NCBI GenBank assembly: GCA_016700015.1
Contig: CP064995.1
Location: forward strand, 540,001-572,000
DNA: 32,000 nucleotides
From: Candidatus Saccharimonadota bacterium
Lineage (GTDB): Bacteria > Patescibacteriota > Saccharimonadia > Saccharimonadales > Saccharimonadaceae
Direction: 5' to 3'
Within the stretch, counting starts at the first letter, position 1. Every line of letters begins with the position of its first letter. A program made the translations under genes and the position numbers. The notes beneath the pieces are model-generated. The model saw only the letters and a program-made list of their open reading frames with translations. It was not told the DNA's origin and did no database searches. Shown here one piece after another: positions 15,894-23,425 of the stretch.

Positions 15894-15922
15894 ACTATAG
15901 TATATTTGCTATATTATGTCAA
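15894..15922 (-). promoter_or_regulatory. Sigma70-type promoter TTGACA-17-TATAGT
   Basis: The rc of 15917-15922 is TTGACA and the rc of 15894-15899 is TATAGT. It lies inside the spurious N-terminal extension of the track's pth ORF. Confidence 0.55.
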
Positions 15923-15938
15923 TAATACGCCAACAACC

Positions 15939-15947
15939 TGCTATACT
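15939..15947 (+). promoter_or_regulatory. Extended -10 promoter (TGcTATACT) giving leaderless pth
   Basis: TATACT at 15942-15947 is 6 nt before the ATG at 15954, with no SD. Confidence 0.45.
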
Positions 15948-15953
15948 GGTGTT

Positions 15954-16517
15954 ATGAAATGTATCATTGGGCTGGGCAATCCAGAGTTGCACTATCGGCA
16001 GACAAGGCACAACGTTGGATTTGAGTTACTTGACGCATTTGCGACTACACATGGCGCTACCTGGCAGCGCCGCGACAAGTTTCGCGCCGACATTGCCGAG
16101 CTAAACATCGCCGAAGAAAGGGTAATCCTCGTCAAGCCGACAACCTACTATAACCGAGTCGGTGAATCAGCACAGGCAATCGTCGATTTCTATAAAATCA
16201 CGACAAATGATGTAGTGGTCGCGCACGACGACCTTGCTCTGCCACTCGGCACGATCCGCACCCGACAAGGGGGGAGTGACGGAGGCAACAACGGTCTCAA
16301 ATCGCTCTCCCAACATCTTGGCGCCAATACAAATCGCATCCGCATTGGCGTCTGGACCGATCATCATACTGCCATGGACAAAGCCGATGTCGTGCTGGGC
16401 AAATTTACCGCCGATGAACAGCAAGTAATTACAAAAATTAAACCGACAGCCATTAGCCTGCTACAAGATTTTATCGCCGGTCACTTTGAATCGACAACTC
16501 ACTACAGCAACAACTAA
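15954..16517 (+). CDS. pth: Peptidyl-tRNA hydrolase
   Basis: MKCIIGLGNPELHYRQTRHNVGF is the canonical Pth N-terminus, and HDDLALPLGTIR and GGNNGLKS follow. The start is moved from 15879 to 15954. Confidence 0.9.
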   Translation: MKCIIGLGNPELHYRQTRHNVGFELLDAFATTHGATWQRRDKFRADIAELNIAEERVILVKPTTYYNRVGESAQAIVDFYKITTNDVVVAHDDLALPLGTIRTRQGGSDGGNNGLKSLSQHLGANTNRIRIGVWTDHHTAMDKADVVLGKFTADEQQVITKIKPTAISLLQDFIAGHFESTTHYSNN

Positions 16518-17263
16518 ACACCCAGCATCGTAATCGCAACAGCCACAAACACCACACCACCCAGTAGCACCACCGCCTGCCAGGTACCGATGTTGCGTGG
16601 CTGTTCGTGAATATCAGGGATGATGTCGCTCGCTGCGATGTAAATGAACATACCACTGGTGATCGCCAGGAGCTGCGCAATCGGCAGACCGCTATCGGTG
16701 CCCAGTAAATACGTCAAACTCGCCGCCACTAGTGTACCCACTGCTGTCATGGTGTTGGCAAGCAGCACTTTTTTGTCTTTCCAGCCGCGCGATAGCAGTA
16801 TGCCAAAGGTACCTAGTTCTTTGGGTATTTCGTGTGCACTGACAGCCAGCGTGGTGACGATACCAGTCACGGGGTTTGCCACAAATGCCGCGCCAATCGC
16901 TACGCCGTCGATCACATTGTGAAGTAGGTCACCAATCATCACCATGACGTTCTGCGACTGATTCTGCACACCATGCGAGTGTTCATGATGGTGGTGAAAC
17001 CAACCGGCTGTCCGCTCCAGCACAAAAAACGCCAAAAATCCCGCGAGTGCCCACAGCAGTAGCGACCGAGGTTCCGCTAGCTCAAAACTTTCTGGCAGCA
17101 GATCAAAAAATGCTGCTGCAAGCAGGGCACCAGCACCAAATGGCATCGCCAAAGTAATAGCGGTCGAACGGCGTTTTTGGCTAAGAAAAATTGTCGCGCC
17201 GCCAAGCAGCGAAACCGCGCTGCCTATCAAAATAACCGCGATCATGAGAGCGAATATATCCAT
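16514..17263 (-). CDS. ZIP-family divalent metal transporter (ZupT/GufA-like)
   Basis: 249 aa, about 8 TM. It has a His-rich loop WFHHHHEHSHG and the motifs HNVIDGVAIGAAF and HEIPKELGTFGILL. Confidence 0.85.
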   Translation of the reverse strand: MDIFALMIAVILIGSAVSLLGGATIFLSQKRRSTAITLAMPFGAGALLAAAFFDLLPESFELAEPRSLLLWALAGFLAFFVLERTAGWFHHHHEHSHGVQNQSQNVMVMIGDLLHNVIDGVAIGAAFVANPVTGIVTTLAVSAHEIPKELGTFGILLSRGWKDKKVLLANTMTAVGTLVAASLTYLLGTDSGLPIAQLLAITSGMFIYIAASDIIPDIHEQPRNIGTWQAVVLLGGVVFVAVAITMLGV

Positions 17264-17269
17264 ACACGC

Positions 17270-17278
17270 ATTGTACCA
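17270..17278 (-). promoter_or_regulatory. Extended -10 promoter (TGgTACAAT) giving a leaderless ZIP transporter mRNA
   Basis: The rc of 17270-17278 is TGGTACAAT, 6 nt before the ATG at 17263, with no SD. Confidence 0.4.
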
Positions 17279-17314
17279 TGCCCATCACTACCACTCGGGA
17301 GTATCAAGCATACC

Positions 17315-17340
17315 AAAAACCGAGCCGAAGCTCGGGTTTT
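17315..17340 (-). terminator. Rho-independent terminator (bidirectional shape)
   Basis: Minus strand: CCGAGC-UUCG-GCUCGG followed by UUUUU. The plus strand also has a T4 run. Confidence 0.8.
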
Positions 17341-17613
17341 GACTATTCTTCCGTAAAGGTGCCAGGTAAGGGTGGGCATCACCTGGCACCATTACGCCCT
17401 TCATCCCACCCTGAAGTCGGGTATTAGCGTGACCCACCTCACAAATACAAGAGGTCCGCCGGACAAAGGGGTTAGTATACGCACGAGAGCTGACAAGGCA
17501 AGCCTTGGCCTGACAGTGGAGGGTAGAATACTGGCAAGCACCCTTGTGCGCAACCTAACATAAGTTAGAATAGGGGGTATAAGGTGCTTGATTCAGCTTT
17601 CGCTGATCAATCG
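17315..17613 (-). ncRNA. Unassigned structured RNA of about 300 nt (independent sRNA, or a terminator-containing leader of the ZIP transporter gene)
   Basis: It is bracketed by a TTGACA-17-TAATAT promoter and an intrinsic terminator, with no credible ORF inside. Several hairpins can be folded by hand, including a 10-bp perfect stem (17358-17367 / 17381-17390), a GNRA-capped stem (17594-17605), and loop-loop complementarity GGUGGG/CCCACC. Confidence 0.5.
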
Positions 17614-17619
17614 TACTTC

Positions 17620-17648
17620 ATATTATCACACACTTGACTATATGTCAA
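17620..17648 (-). promoter_or_regulatory. Sigma70-type promoter TTGACA-17-TAATAT driving the candidate ncRNA
   Basis: The rc of 17643-17648 is TTGACA and the rc of 17620-17625 is TAATAT, with a 17-nt spacer. Confidence 0.55.
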
Positions 17649-17669
17649 TACTTTTTACCACCAAATTTT

Positions 17670-18530
17670 ATGAAAATCAATGAAATCTCACCTCTAAAGC
17701 ATAAGTACTTACGGATTACCTCTGTTATTGCTAAACCACCACAAAAGTTGTTTTATATCGGCGCATTGCCAAAAACTCGAATCCCCACCGTTGCGGTTGT
17801 CGGCACGCGCAAGCCAACCAGTTATGGCAAAGAGGTGACTGAGCGCCTGGCGTACGATCTCGCCAGCAAAGGTGTCGTTGTTGTCAGCGGGCTGGCGCTT
17901 GGCACCGATGCCATCGCCCACCAAGCTGTTCTCGACGCTAAAGGCACAACTATCGCCATATTGCCATGCGGTCTACCAAAAATCGCACCCGCAACCAACC
18001 ATCAGCTAGCTCACCGTATCGTCGAGCACGGCGGAGCACTGATTAGCGAGTTCACCGAAGGTGCAGAGATTGTCTGGAAATCGAATTTGCTGCAGCGGAA
18101 CCGCCTGGTAGCTGGCCTCGCTGATGCACTACTCATTACTGAGGCCAGTGCCCGCAGCGGCACGCTCAATACCGCCGGCCACGCGCTCGAGCAGGGAAAG
18201 CACGTGTTTGTGGTACCGGGCAATATCACTAGTCCGCAAAGTGCCGGGTGCAACCAGCTCATCAAACAAGGGGCCACCCCTGTTACCTGCGCCGAAGACA
18301 TTCTCGAAGTGATTGCACCACAGTTACTTACCGCTCAGTCACAACTGGCACTGGGCGGCACACCCGCCGAAACCGCCATCATAGAGCAACTAAAAGCCGG
18401 ACTGCGCGATGGTGATGAAATCCAGCGTACAACTGGTACTGCGGCAGAGGAATTTGGCGTCGCGCTCACCATGCTCGAACTTGCCGGCACCATCAAAGCC
18501 CTCGGTGCCAACCAGTGGACGCTACGCTAA
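17670..18530 (+). CDS. dprA: DNA processing protein DprA (Smf)
   Basis: Rossmann-like DprA core VAVVGTRKPTSYG...VVVSGLALGTDAIAHQAVL...ILPCGL...NRLVAGLADALLITEASARSGTLNTAGHALEQGKHVFVVPG. The start is moved from the TTG at 17634 to the ATG at 17670. Confidence 0.9.
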   Translation: MKINEISPLKHKYLRITSVIAKPPQKLFYIGALPKTRIPTVAVVGTRKPTSYGKEVTERLAYDLASKGVVVVSGLALGTDAIAHQAVLDAKGTTIAILPCGLPKIAPATNHQLAHRIVEHGGALISEFTEGAEIVWKSNLLQRNRLVAGLADALLITEASARSGTLNTAGHALEQGKHVFVVPGNITSPQSAGCNQLIKQGATPVTCAEDILEVIAPQLLTAQSQLALGGTPAETAIIEQLKAGLRDGDEIQRTTGTAAEEFGVALTMLELAGTIKALGANQWTLR

Positions 18531-18628
18531 GACTACATTTGACTACTGATATATCATTTACTTTTACACAAATTTGTTATACTATATCGAATACATAGTA
18601 GTCCCCCTACTCGCACCTAGGAGTCCCT

Positions 18629-19111
18629 ATGTTTTCAGACGAGCTAAGAGAAGGCGAAACACTCGCCAGTATTCTCGATAGGAAGATTGCCGAAGTCATT
18701 GAGGAAGACCGGCAAAGGAAAGCAAAGGAGCAGCGTGATTACGAGGAGGCATTGACGGCCGCTAAGCCCCTGCTCGATGTCCTTGCTGTTCTCGGCCGCT
18801 GGTTCAGTGGGCTGAATGACACCACAGGCTTGTCCGAGCTCCAAATCCAGGTCAAGTTGAATGGGCACAACTTCGGCCTAATGCTGTGCTGGAACCCGGC
18901 CATCGAAAAGTGGTTGATACGGTTCCCGAAAACCACCTACATCAGTGCCGAGGTCCTGGAGACGTATCACTTGCGCTTCCTGGCTAGCGTCAACTGGGCT
19001 ATGCTGGCACGGACCATCGCCGAGATGGCAACCGAGTGCGGTGTCGCCCCGCCACGGTTCGCCCCGCAGGACGCTCTCCCGCAAGACGCGGCAAGCGAAC
19101 AGGGCGAGTAA
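18629..19111 (+). CDS. Hypothetical cytoplasmic protein
   Basis: 160 aa with AGGAG 6 nt upstream and its own terminator. It has a charged helical N-terminus and no recognisable motif. Confidence 0.6.
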   Translation: MFSDELREGETLASILDRKIAEVIEEDRQRKAKEQRDYEEALTAAKPLLDVLAVLGRWFSGLNDTTGLSELQIQVKLNGHNFGLMLCWNPAIEKWLIRFPKTTYISAEVLETYHLRFLASVNWAMLARTIAEMATECGVAPPRFAPQDALPQDAASEQGE

Positions 19112-19119
19112 CCCACACA

Positions 19120-19153
19120 CCCCGCACCCTTACCGGTGCGGGGCTATTTATTT
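19120..19153 (+). terminator. Rho-independent terminator
   Basis: CCCCGCACC-cttacc-GGTGCGGGG followed by CTATTTATTT. Confidence 0.75.
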
Positions 19154-19242
19154 GGCGATACTTGCAAACACCCGGTAACTAGCGTAGTATAAGCCACTGT
19201 ATTTGGCGCTATGCGCATCGTTATATATAGTAGGTCTAAGTT

Positions 19243-21546
19243 ATGAGCAAAAATCTTGTTATCGTCGAAAGCCCCGCGAAGGCAAAAACTATCGAAAAAT
19301 ACCTGGGCAAAGACTTCAAAGTCCTCAGTAGCATCGGGCATATTCGTAGTATCGCCAAAAAGACCAAAGACGGCACGCCGCCCATCGACGTAAAAAATGG
19401 CTTCAAAACTACCTACGAAATCGATAGTGAAAAGAAAAAAGTCATCGCCGAACTAAAAAAAGCCGTCAAAGCCGCCGATACCGTATGGCTCGCCACCGAC
19501 GAAGACCGCGAAGGCGAGGCAATTGCCTGGCATTTGTGTGAGGTACTTGGGCTCAATCCGGCAAAAACCAACCGTATTGTCTTTCATGAAATTACCAAAA
19601 CCGCCATTGAAGAAGCGGTCAAAAAGCCACGTACTGTCGACATGCACCTGGTACAAGCCCAGCAAGCTCGACAGATCCTCGACCGTATTGTCGGTTTCGA
19701 ACTGAGCCCTGTCGTGTGGCAAAAGGTCCCGGGCGGCAAAAGTGCCGGCCGCGTGCAAAGCCCAGCTGTTCGGCTACTCGTCGAGCGCGAGCGCGAAATC
19801 AGTGCGTTTGAAGGCAGCGCGCAGTTCAAAGTTAACGCCGTGTTTACCCATGGCAAAGACGAGGTGAAAGCCGAACTCAACAAACGTTTTGACACCGAAG
19901 ACCAGGCGCGCGCATTCTTGGAAAAACTTCAAGACGCAACCTTCACCGTGACAGGCGTCACCACTTCGCCCAGCACGCGCAACCCAGCTGCGCCGTTTAC
20001 CACTAGCACCCTCCAGCAAGAAGCCAACAGCAAGCTTGGCTATAGCAGTAAAGCCACCATGGCCAGCGCTCAAAAACTCTACCAAGAAGGGCGTATTACC
20101 TACATGCGTACCGATAGCGTCAATTTGAGCGGACAGGCGATTGCTGCAGCAGCCGATTTCATCAAGCGACTCTACGGGGTAGACTACAGCACGGTTCGCA
20201 AGTTCAAAACCAAAAGTGCTGGCGCCCAGGAAGCACACGAGGCCATCCGCCCCACCGATATCACCCGCGAAAGCGTCAGCGGCAACGACTACGACCAAAA
20301 GCTCTACGACCTCATCCGCCGCCGCACCCTCGCTAGCCAAATGTCACCGGCCAAGCTCGAAAAAACCACCGTCAGCATCGCTATTTCTACCAGCAAAGCA
20401 GTCTTTGAAGCCAAGGGCGAAGTCGTCGTCTTTGACGGTTTCCTACGCGTTTATGGGGGCAAAGACGACACACTACTACCGCCACTCAGTAAAGGCGACA
20501 CCTTGTCACGCTACAGCGTCGAGGCCCGCCAAGTGTTTGCCCGTCCACCCGCCCGCTACAGCGAAGGCGCTTTAGTGAAAAAGCTTGAAGAACTCGGCAT
20601 TGGCCGCCCCAGCACCTACGCGACAATTATCAATACTGTTCAAACGCGCGGCTATGTAGAGCGTGGCGAAAACGAAGGTACACCGCGCGACGTGGTGGTA
20701 CTTCAGTTACTCGAAAGTGGCGTCGACAGGGAAGTTGTGCAAGAAAAAACTGGTAGCGATAAGGGTAAGCTGGTGCCTACACCCGCCGGCGAACTGATTA
20801 GCGACTTCCTCGGCAACCATTTCAACCAAATTGTCGACTACGGCTTTACTGCGAGCGTCGAAGAGCATTTCGACGACATTGCTGCCGACAAGCTCGAGCG
20901 CAACCAAATGCTCGAAGAGTTTTATGCGCCATTCCATAGTCTTATTGAACAATCATCAAGTATCGACCGTAGTAGTGTAGGGCAGAGTCGTGAAGTGGGT
21001 GTTGACCCTAGAACCGGTCGTGTTGTTACCGCGCGCTTCGGGCGGTTCGGGCCTATGCTCCAGCTTGGCACTAGCGACGACGCCGACAAACCACAGTTCG
21101 CCCCTATGCCACGTGGCGTCAAGATCGACACCGTTACTATCGAACAGGCTATCGAAGCCTTCAAATTACCACGCCTCGTTGGCCAGACCGAAGATGGCCA
21201 AGATATCAAAGCCAATATTGGCCGCTTTGGCCCCTACATTCAGGTCGGTAAGCTATTTGTCAGCATCAAAGATCACGATCCGCACGACATTACGCTTGCC
21301 GATGCCCGTACGCTTTACGCCGCCAAACTAAAGGCCGAGGCCGAAAAAACGATTGCTGATTTTGGCAGCATAAAAGTCCTTAACGGCCGCTTTGGGCCGT
21401 ATGTAACCGATGGCAAAAAGAATGCCAAAATCCCTAAAGATACCGACCCTAAAACATTGACTGAAACCAGCGCCAAAAAGCTCCTGGCCGAAGCTCCCGC
21501 AAAGAGCAAAGCTCGCCGTATGCCACGTACCCGCAAAAAATCGTAG
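19243..21546 (+). CDS. topA: DNA topoisomerase I
   Basis: TOPRIM N-terminus MSKNLVIVESPAKAKTIEKYLG...LATDEDREGEAIAWH and the active-site region ITYMRTDS. The C-terminal repeats (GRFGPY, three times) end in a basic tail. Confidence 0.97.
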   Translation: MSKNLVIVESPAKAKTIEKYLGKDFKVLSSIGHIRSIAKKTKDGTPPIDVKNGFKTTYEIDSEKKKVIAELKKAVKAADTVWLATDEDREGEAIAWHLCEVLGLNPAKTNRIVFHEITKTAIEEAVKKPRTVDMHLVQAQQARQILDRIVGFELSPVVWQKVPGGKSAGRVQSPAVRLLVEREREISAFEGSAQFKVNAVFTHGKDEVKAELNKRFDTEDQARAFLEKLQDATFTVTGVTTSPSTRNPAAPFTTSTLQQEANSKLGYSSKATMASAQKLYQEGRITYMRTDSVNLSGQAIAAAADFIKRLYGVDYSTVRKFKTKSAGAQEAHEAIRPTDITRESVSGNDYDQKLYDLIRRRTLASQMSPAKLEKTTVSIAISTSKAVFEAKGEVVVFDGFLRVYGGKDDTLLPPLSKGDTLSRYSVEARQVFARPPARYSEGALVKKLEELGIGRPSTYATIINTVQTRGYVERGENEGTPRDVVVLQLLESGVDREVVQEKTGSDKGKLVPTPAGELISDFLGNHFNQIVDYGFTASVEEHFDDIAADKLERNQMLEEFYAPFHSLIEQSSSIDRSSVGQSREVGVDPRTGRVVTARFGRFGPMLQLGTSDDADKPQFAPMPRGVKIDTVTIEQAIEAFKLPRLVGQTEDGQDIKANIGRFGPYIQVGKLFVSIKDHDPHDITLADARTLYAAKLKAEAEKTIADFGSIKVLNGRFGPYVTDGKKNAKIPKDTDPKTLTETSAKKLLAEAPAKSKARRMPRTRKKS

Positions 21547-21580
21547 CATTGCAAATACCGCATATTCATGATATAAATTA

Positions 21581-21609
21581 AGCGACAGCACATGTTGTCG
21601 CTCGTTTCT
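21581..21609 (+). terminator. Rho-independent terminator (weak T-run)
   Basis: AGCGACA-gcacatgt-TGTCGCT followed by CGTTTCT. Confidence 0.5.
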
Positions 21610-21626
21610 ATGAAAGGGAACTCACT

Positions 21627-21890
21627 ATGCTTGGCTCGCTGATCGGTGCCTTCTTGTTTAGCATAATCCTGCTTGGCGTCTTCCAGGTACTGGGGTTACG
21701 CACTCTCAGTGATGACCGCGACTTGTCGCGGTTCTCCAAGATTGTGGCAGTGGTCTGCCTGGTCATGTGGGCCCTCAGGGGCTTCGGGCTGAGTACCCTG
21801 TTCAGCCAGATCGGCACGTGGGCCGGCTTCACGGCCGCCGCCTGGCTGTTGGTTCACCTCAATCGCCGTGGCGCCTTGCCGAGGCGCTGA
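21627..21890 (+). CDS. Small membrane protein (about 3 TM), unknown function
   Basis: 87 aa with AAAGGGA 8 nt upstream, followed by a very strong terminator. Confidence 0.6.
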   Translation: MLGSLIGAFLFSIILLGVFQVLGLRTLSDDRDLSRFSKIVAVVCLVMWALRGFGLSTLFSQIGTWAGFTAAAWLLVHLNRRGALPRR

Positions 21891-21899
21891 CACAGGTAC

Positions 21900-21941
21900 G
21901 CCTGGTGCTAGCGATACGTATCGTTAGCACCAGGCTTTTTT
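21900..21941 (+). terminator. Rho-independent terminator
   Basis: An 18-nt inverted repeat with one G-U pair, GCCTGGTGCTAGCGATAC/GTATCGTTAGCACCAGGC, followed by TTTTTT. Confidence 0.9.
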
Positions 21942-21958
21942 GTATCTATGGTGTAATA

Positions 21959-21982
21959 TTATCCACATTTTTCTGTGGATAT
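21959..21982. promoter_or_regulatory. Inverted pair of DnaA-box-like 9-mers (TTATCCACA / TGTGGATAT) that can also fold as an AT-rich hairpin plus T-run
   Basis: There is a perfect TTATCCACA at 21959-21967 and an 8/9 inverted copy at 21974-21982, followed by TTTTTTATTTTT. Whether this is a DnaA site or a second terminator is ambiguous. Confidence 0.3.
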
Positions 21983-22124
21983 TTTTTATTTTTGCAGGGG
22001 TAGTGTTTGACATAGCAGGGGAGTATGGGCAGGCTAACCATACTTTGATAGCAAAAAAAGCCTAAAAAAAGTATTTACCATTAGCGTCTACATTGTGGTA
22101 TACTAAAGTTAGAAAAAATTGTGT

Positions 22125-22153
22125 TTGACATTTCAGAAATATTGTTCTATAAT
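22125..22153 (+). promoter_or_regulatory. Perfect consensus promoter TTGACA-17-TATAAT
   Basis: TTGACA at 22125-22130 and TATAAT at 22148-22153. An additional TGgTATACT extended -10 lies about 50 nt upstream. The downstream 5' UTR is purine-rich (GAGGTGAGGCGGAGAGGACGAAGAG). Confidence 0.65.
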
Positions 22154-22221
22154 CAAACATAGTTTTACAATAAATGTTAAATTTCCAGAGGTGAGGCGGA
22201 GAGGACGAAGAGATACCAGCT

Positions 22222-23280
22222 ATGAGCGACAATGCCAGCAAAGACACAGCCCTAGTTCTAAAGACTGCTGTTCAAGACATTTTGGGAGCGATCGACCAGG
22301 AGCGCGAGCGTGAAATCATAACTCGTCGTTTTGGGTTATTTGATCGCCGTGAAACACTCGAGCAGATTGGCGAATTGCTTGGCATTACCCGAGAACGCGT
22401 ACGCCAGCTCGAAAAAGCCATCCTTATACGACTCAAAATTGCGGCTGACGATGGTAGAATTCCTGTTATCCATGAGGTCGAACGCCTTATCATACGCGAC
22501 CTCAGCGAAAACGGTCGCGTGGGGCGCATCCAGGATGTCGCAGCTCGTCTGACCAATAGCGTGCCGAGTGCCGAAACCAAAGCTCATGTCGCTTTTGTTG
22601 CCGAGCTTTCGCCTAAACTTACGGCTATTAGCGAAAATGATAACTATTTCCAAGGTGTCGGTATCGCCGAGAACGGTGACGAGAAAAAGGTTCGCACCCA
22701 AGTGGACGAAATTGTTAAAACCATCAAAAAGCACGGTGAACCTGTCGATATTGAAACACTCCACGGCATGCTTACCCATGAAGCCCCAAGTCAAGTGCGC
22801 GCTCTTGCTAGCCTTAGTAAGCTTCTCGCCAACCTCAAAGATGTGTGGGGCCTTGTTAAGTGGCCGACTGTCAACCCCAAGAATATTCGCGACAAAATTT
22901 ATGTTATTCTTGCCGACAGCGGTAAGCCAATGCATTTTAGTGACATCGCGGGACACATCAAGCAAAGTGATTTTAAGCGCAAAGACGTTACCACGCAAGC
23001 GATTCACAATGAACTGATTAAAGACAAACGCTTTGTGCTGATTGGCCGTGGCATTTATGCGCTTGACAGCTGGGGCTACAGCAAGGGAACAGTCAGTGAC
23101 ATCATCACCAAAGTTCTCAAAAAAGCCGGCGAACCACTCCACCGCGACGAGATCGTAAAAAGAGTGCTTAAAAGCCGCCAAGTGAAAGAAACGACCATTC
23201 TCTTGAACCTACAGAGCAAACCCGAGTTCAAGCGTGTTGCTAAAGCAACCTACACACTAGCAGAGCCGGTAGCAAAATAG
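22222..23280 (+). CDS. Sigma-70 region-4 HTH fused to tandem HARE-HTH / winged-helix modules
   Basis: Residues about 28-72, REIITRRFGLFDRRETLEQIGELLGITRERVRQLEKAILIRLK, look like sigma70 region 4.2. Three modules follow, each of the type I..(V/I)(L/K)..G.P(M/V/L)..... and ending in an aromatic motif: ...KDVWGLVKWP; IYVILADSGKPMHFSDIAGHI...RFVLIGRGIYALDSWGY; IITKVLKKAGEPLHRDEIVKRVL...ATYTLA. This resembles the RNAP delta-subunit HARE-HTH. Confidence 0.7.
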   Translation: MSDNASKDTALVLKTAVQDILGAIDQEREREIITRRFGLFDRRETLEQIGELLGITRERVRQLEKAILIRLKIAADDGRIPVIHEVERLIIRDLSENGRVGRIQDVAARLTNSVPSAETKAHVAFVAELSPKLTAISENDNYFQGVGIAENGDEKKVRTQVDEIVKTIKKHGEPVDIETLHGMLTHEAPSQVRALASLSKLLANLKDVWGLVKWPTVNPKNIRDKIYVILADSGKPMHFSDIAGHIKQSDFKRKDVTTQAIHNELIKDKRFVLIGRGIYALDSWGYSKGTVSDIITKVLKKAGEPLHRDEIVKRVLKSRQVKETTILLNLQSKPEFKRVAKATYTLAEPVAK

Positions 23281-23354
23281 ACTCAGGCGACGTTTCGTAG
23301 CCACTGCGCACACTACAACCGAAATGCGTACTGCGGCAAAGTAGTACGCATTTC

Positions 23355-23383
23355 TTGCTATATAGTATATAAAATGATATAAT
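23355..23383 (+). promoter_or_regulatory. Sigma70-type promoter TTGCTA-17(TGa)-TATAAT
   Basis: TTGCTA at 23355-23360 and TATAAT at 23378-23383. Confidence 0.55.
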
Positions 23384-23425
23384 GTACCTGATCGCACCTT
23401 CCCACACCCACGAAAGTTGGTCACC

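Noticed and set aside
17315-17613. Assigning the candidate RNA to RNase P, tmRNA, SRP, 6S, or the M-box, cobalamin or ydaO riboswitch families.
   Set aside because: I saw only short partial resemblances: GGUGCCAGGU as in RNase P P11, GUCAGGCC...CAGC as in SRP helix 8, and GUUAGGU plus ACGCUAAU as in the M-box. The order, spacing or obligatory motifs do not fit, so no family is claimed. A covariance-model search is needed.
22336-23181. 281-aa ORF antisense to the sigma-r4/HARE-HTH gene. Similar long antisense ORFs occur at 24120-24716, 19774-20340 and 26013-26444.
   Set aside because: These are mirror-frame ORFs inside genes whose sense strand carries clear domain motifs. They have no SD or promoter, and their composition (Phe/Asn/Val-rich) is typical of antisense frames.
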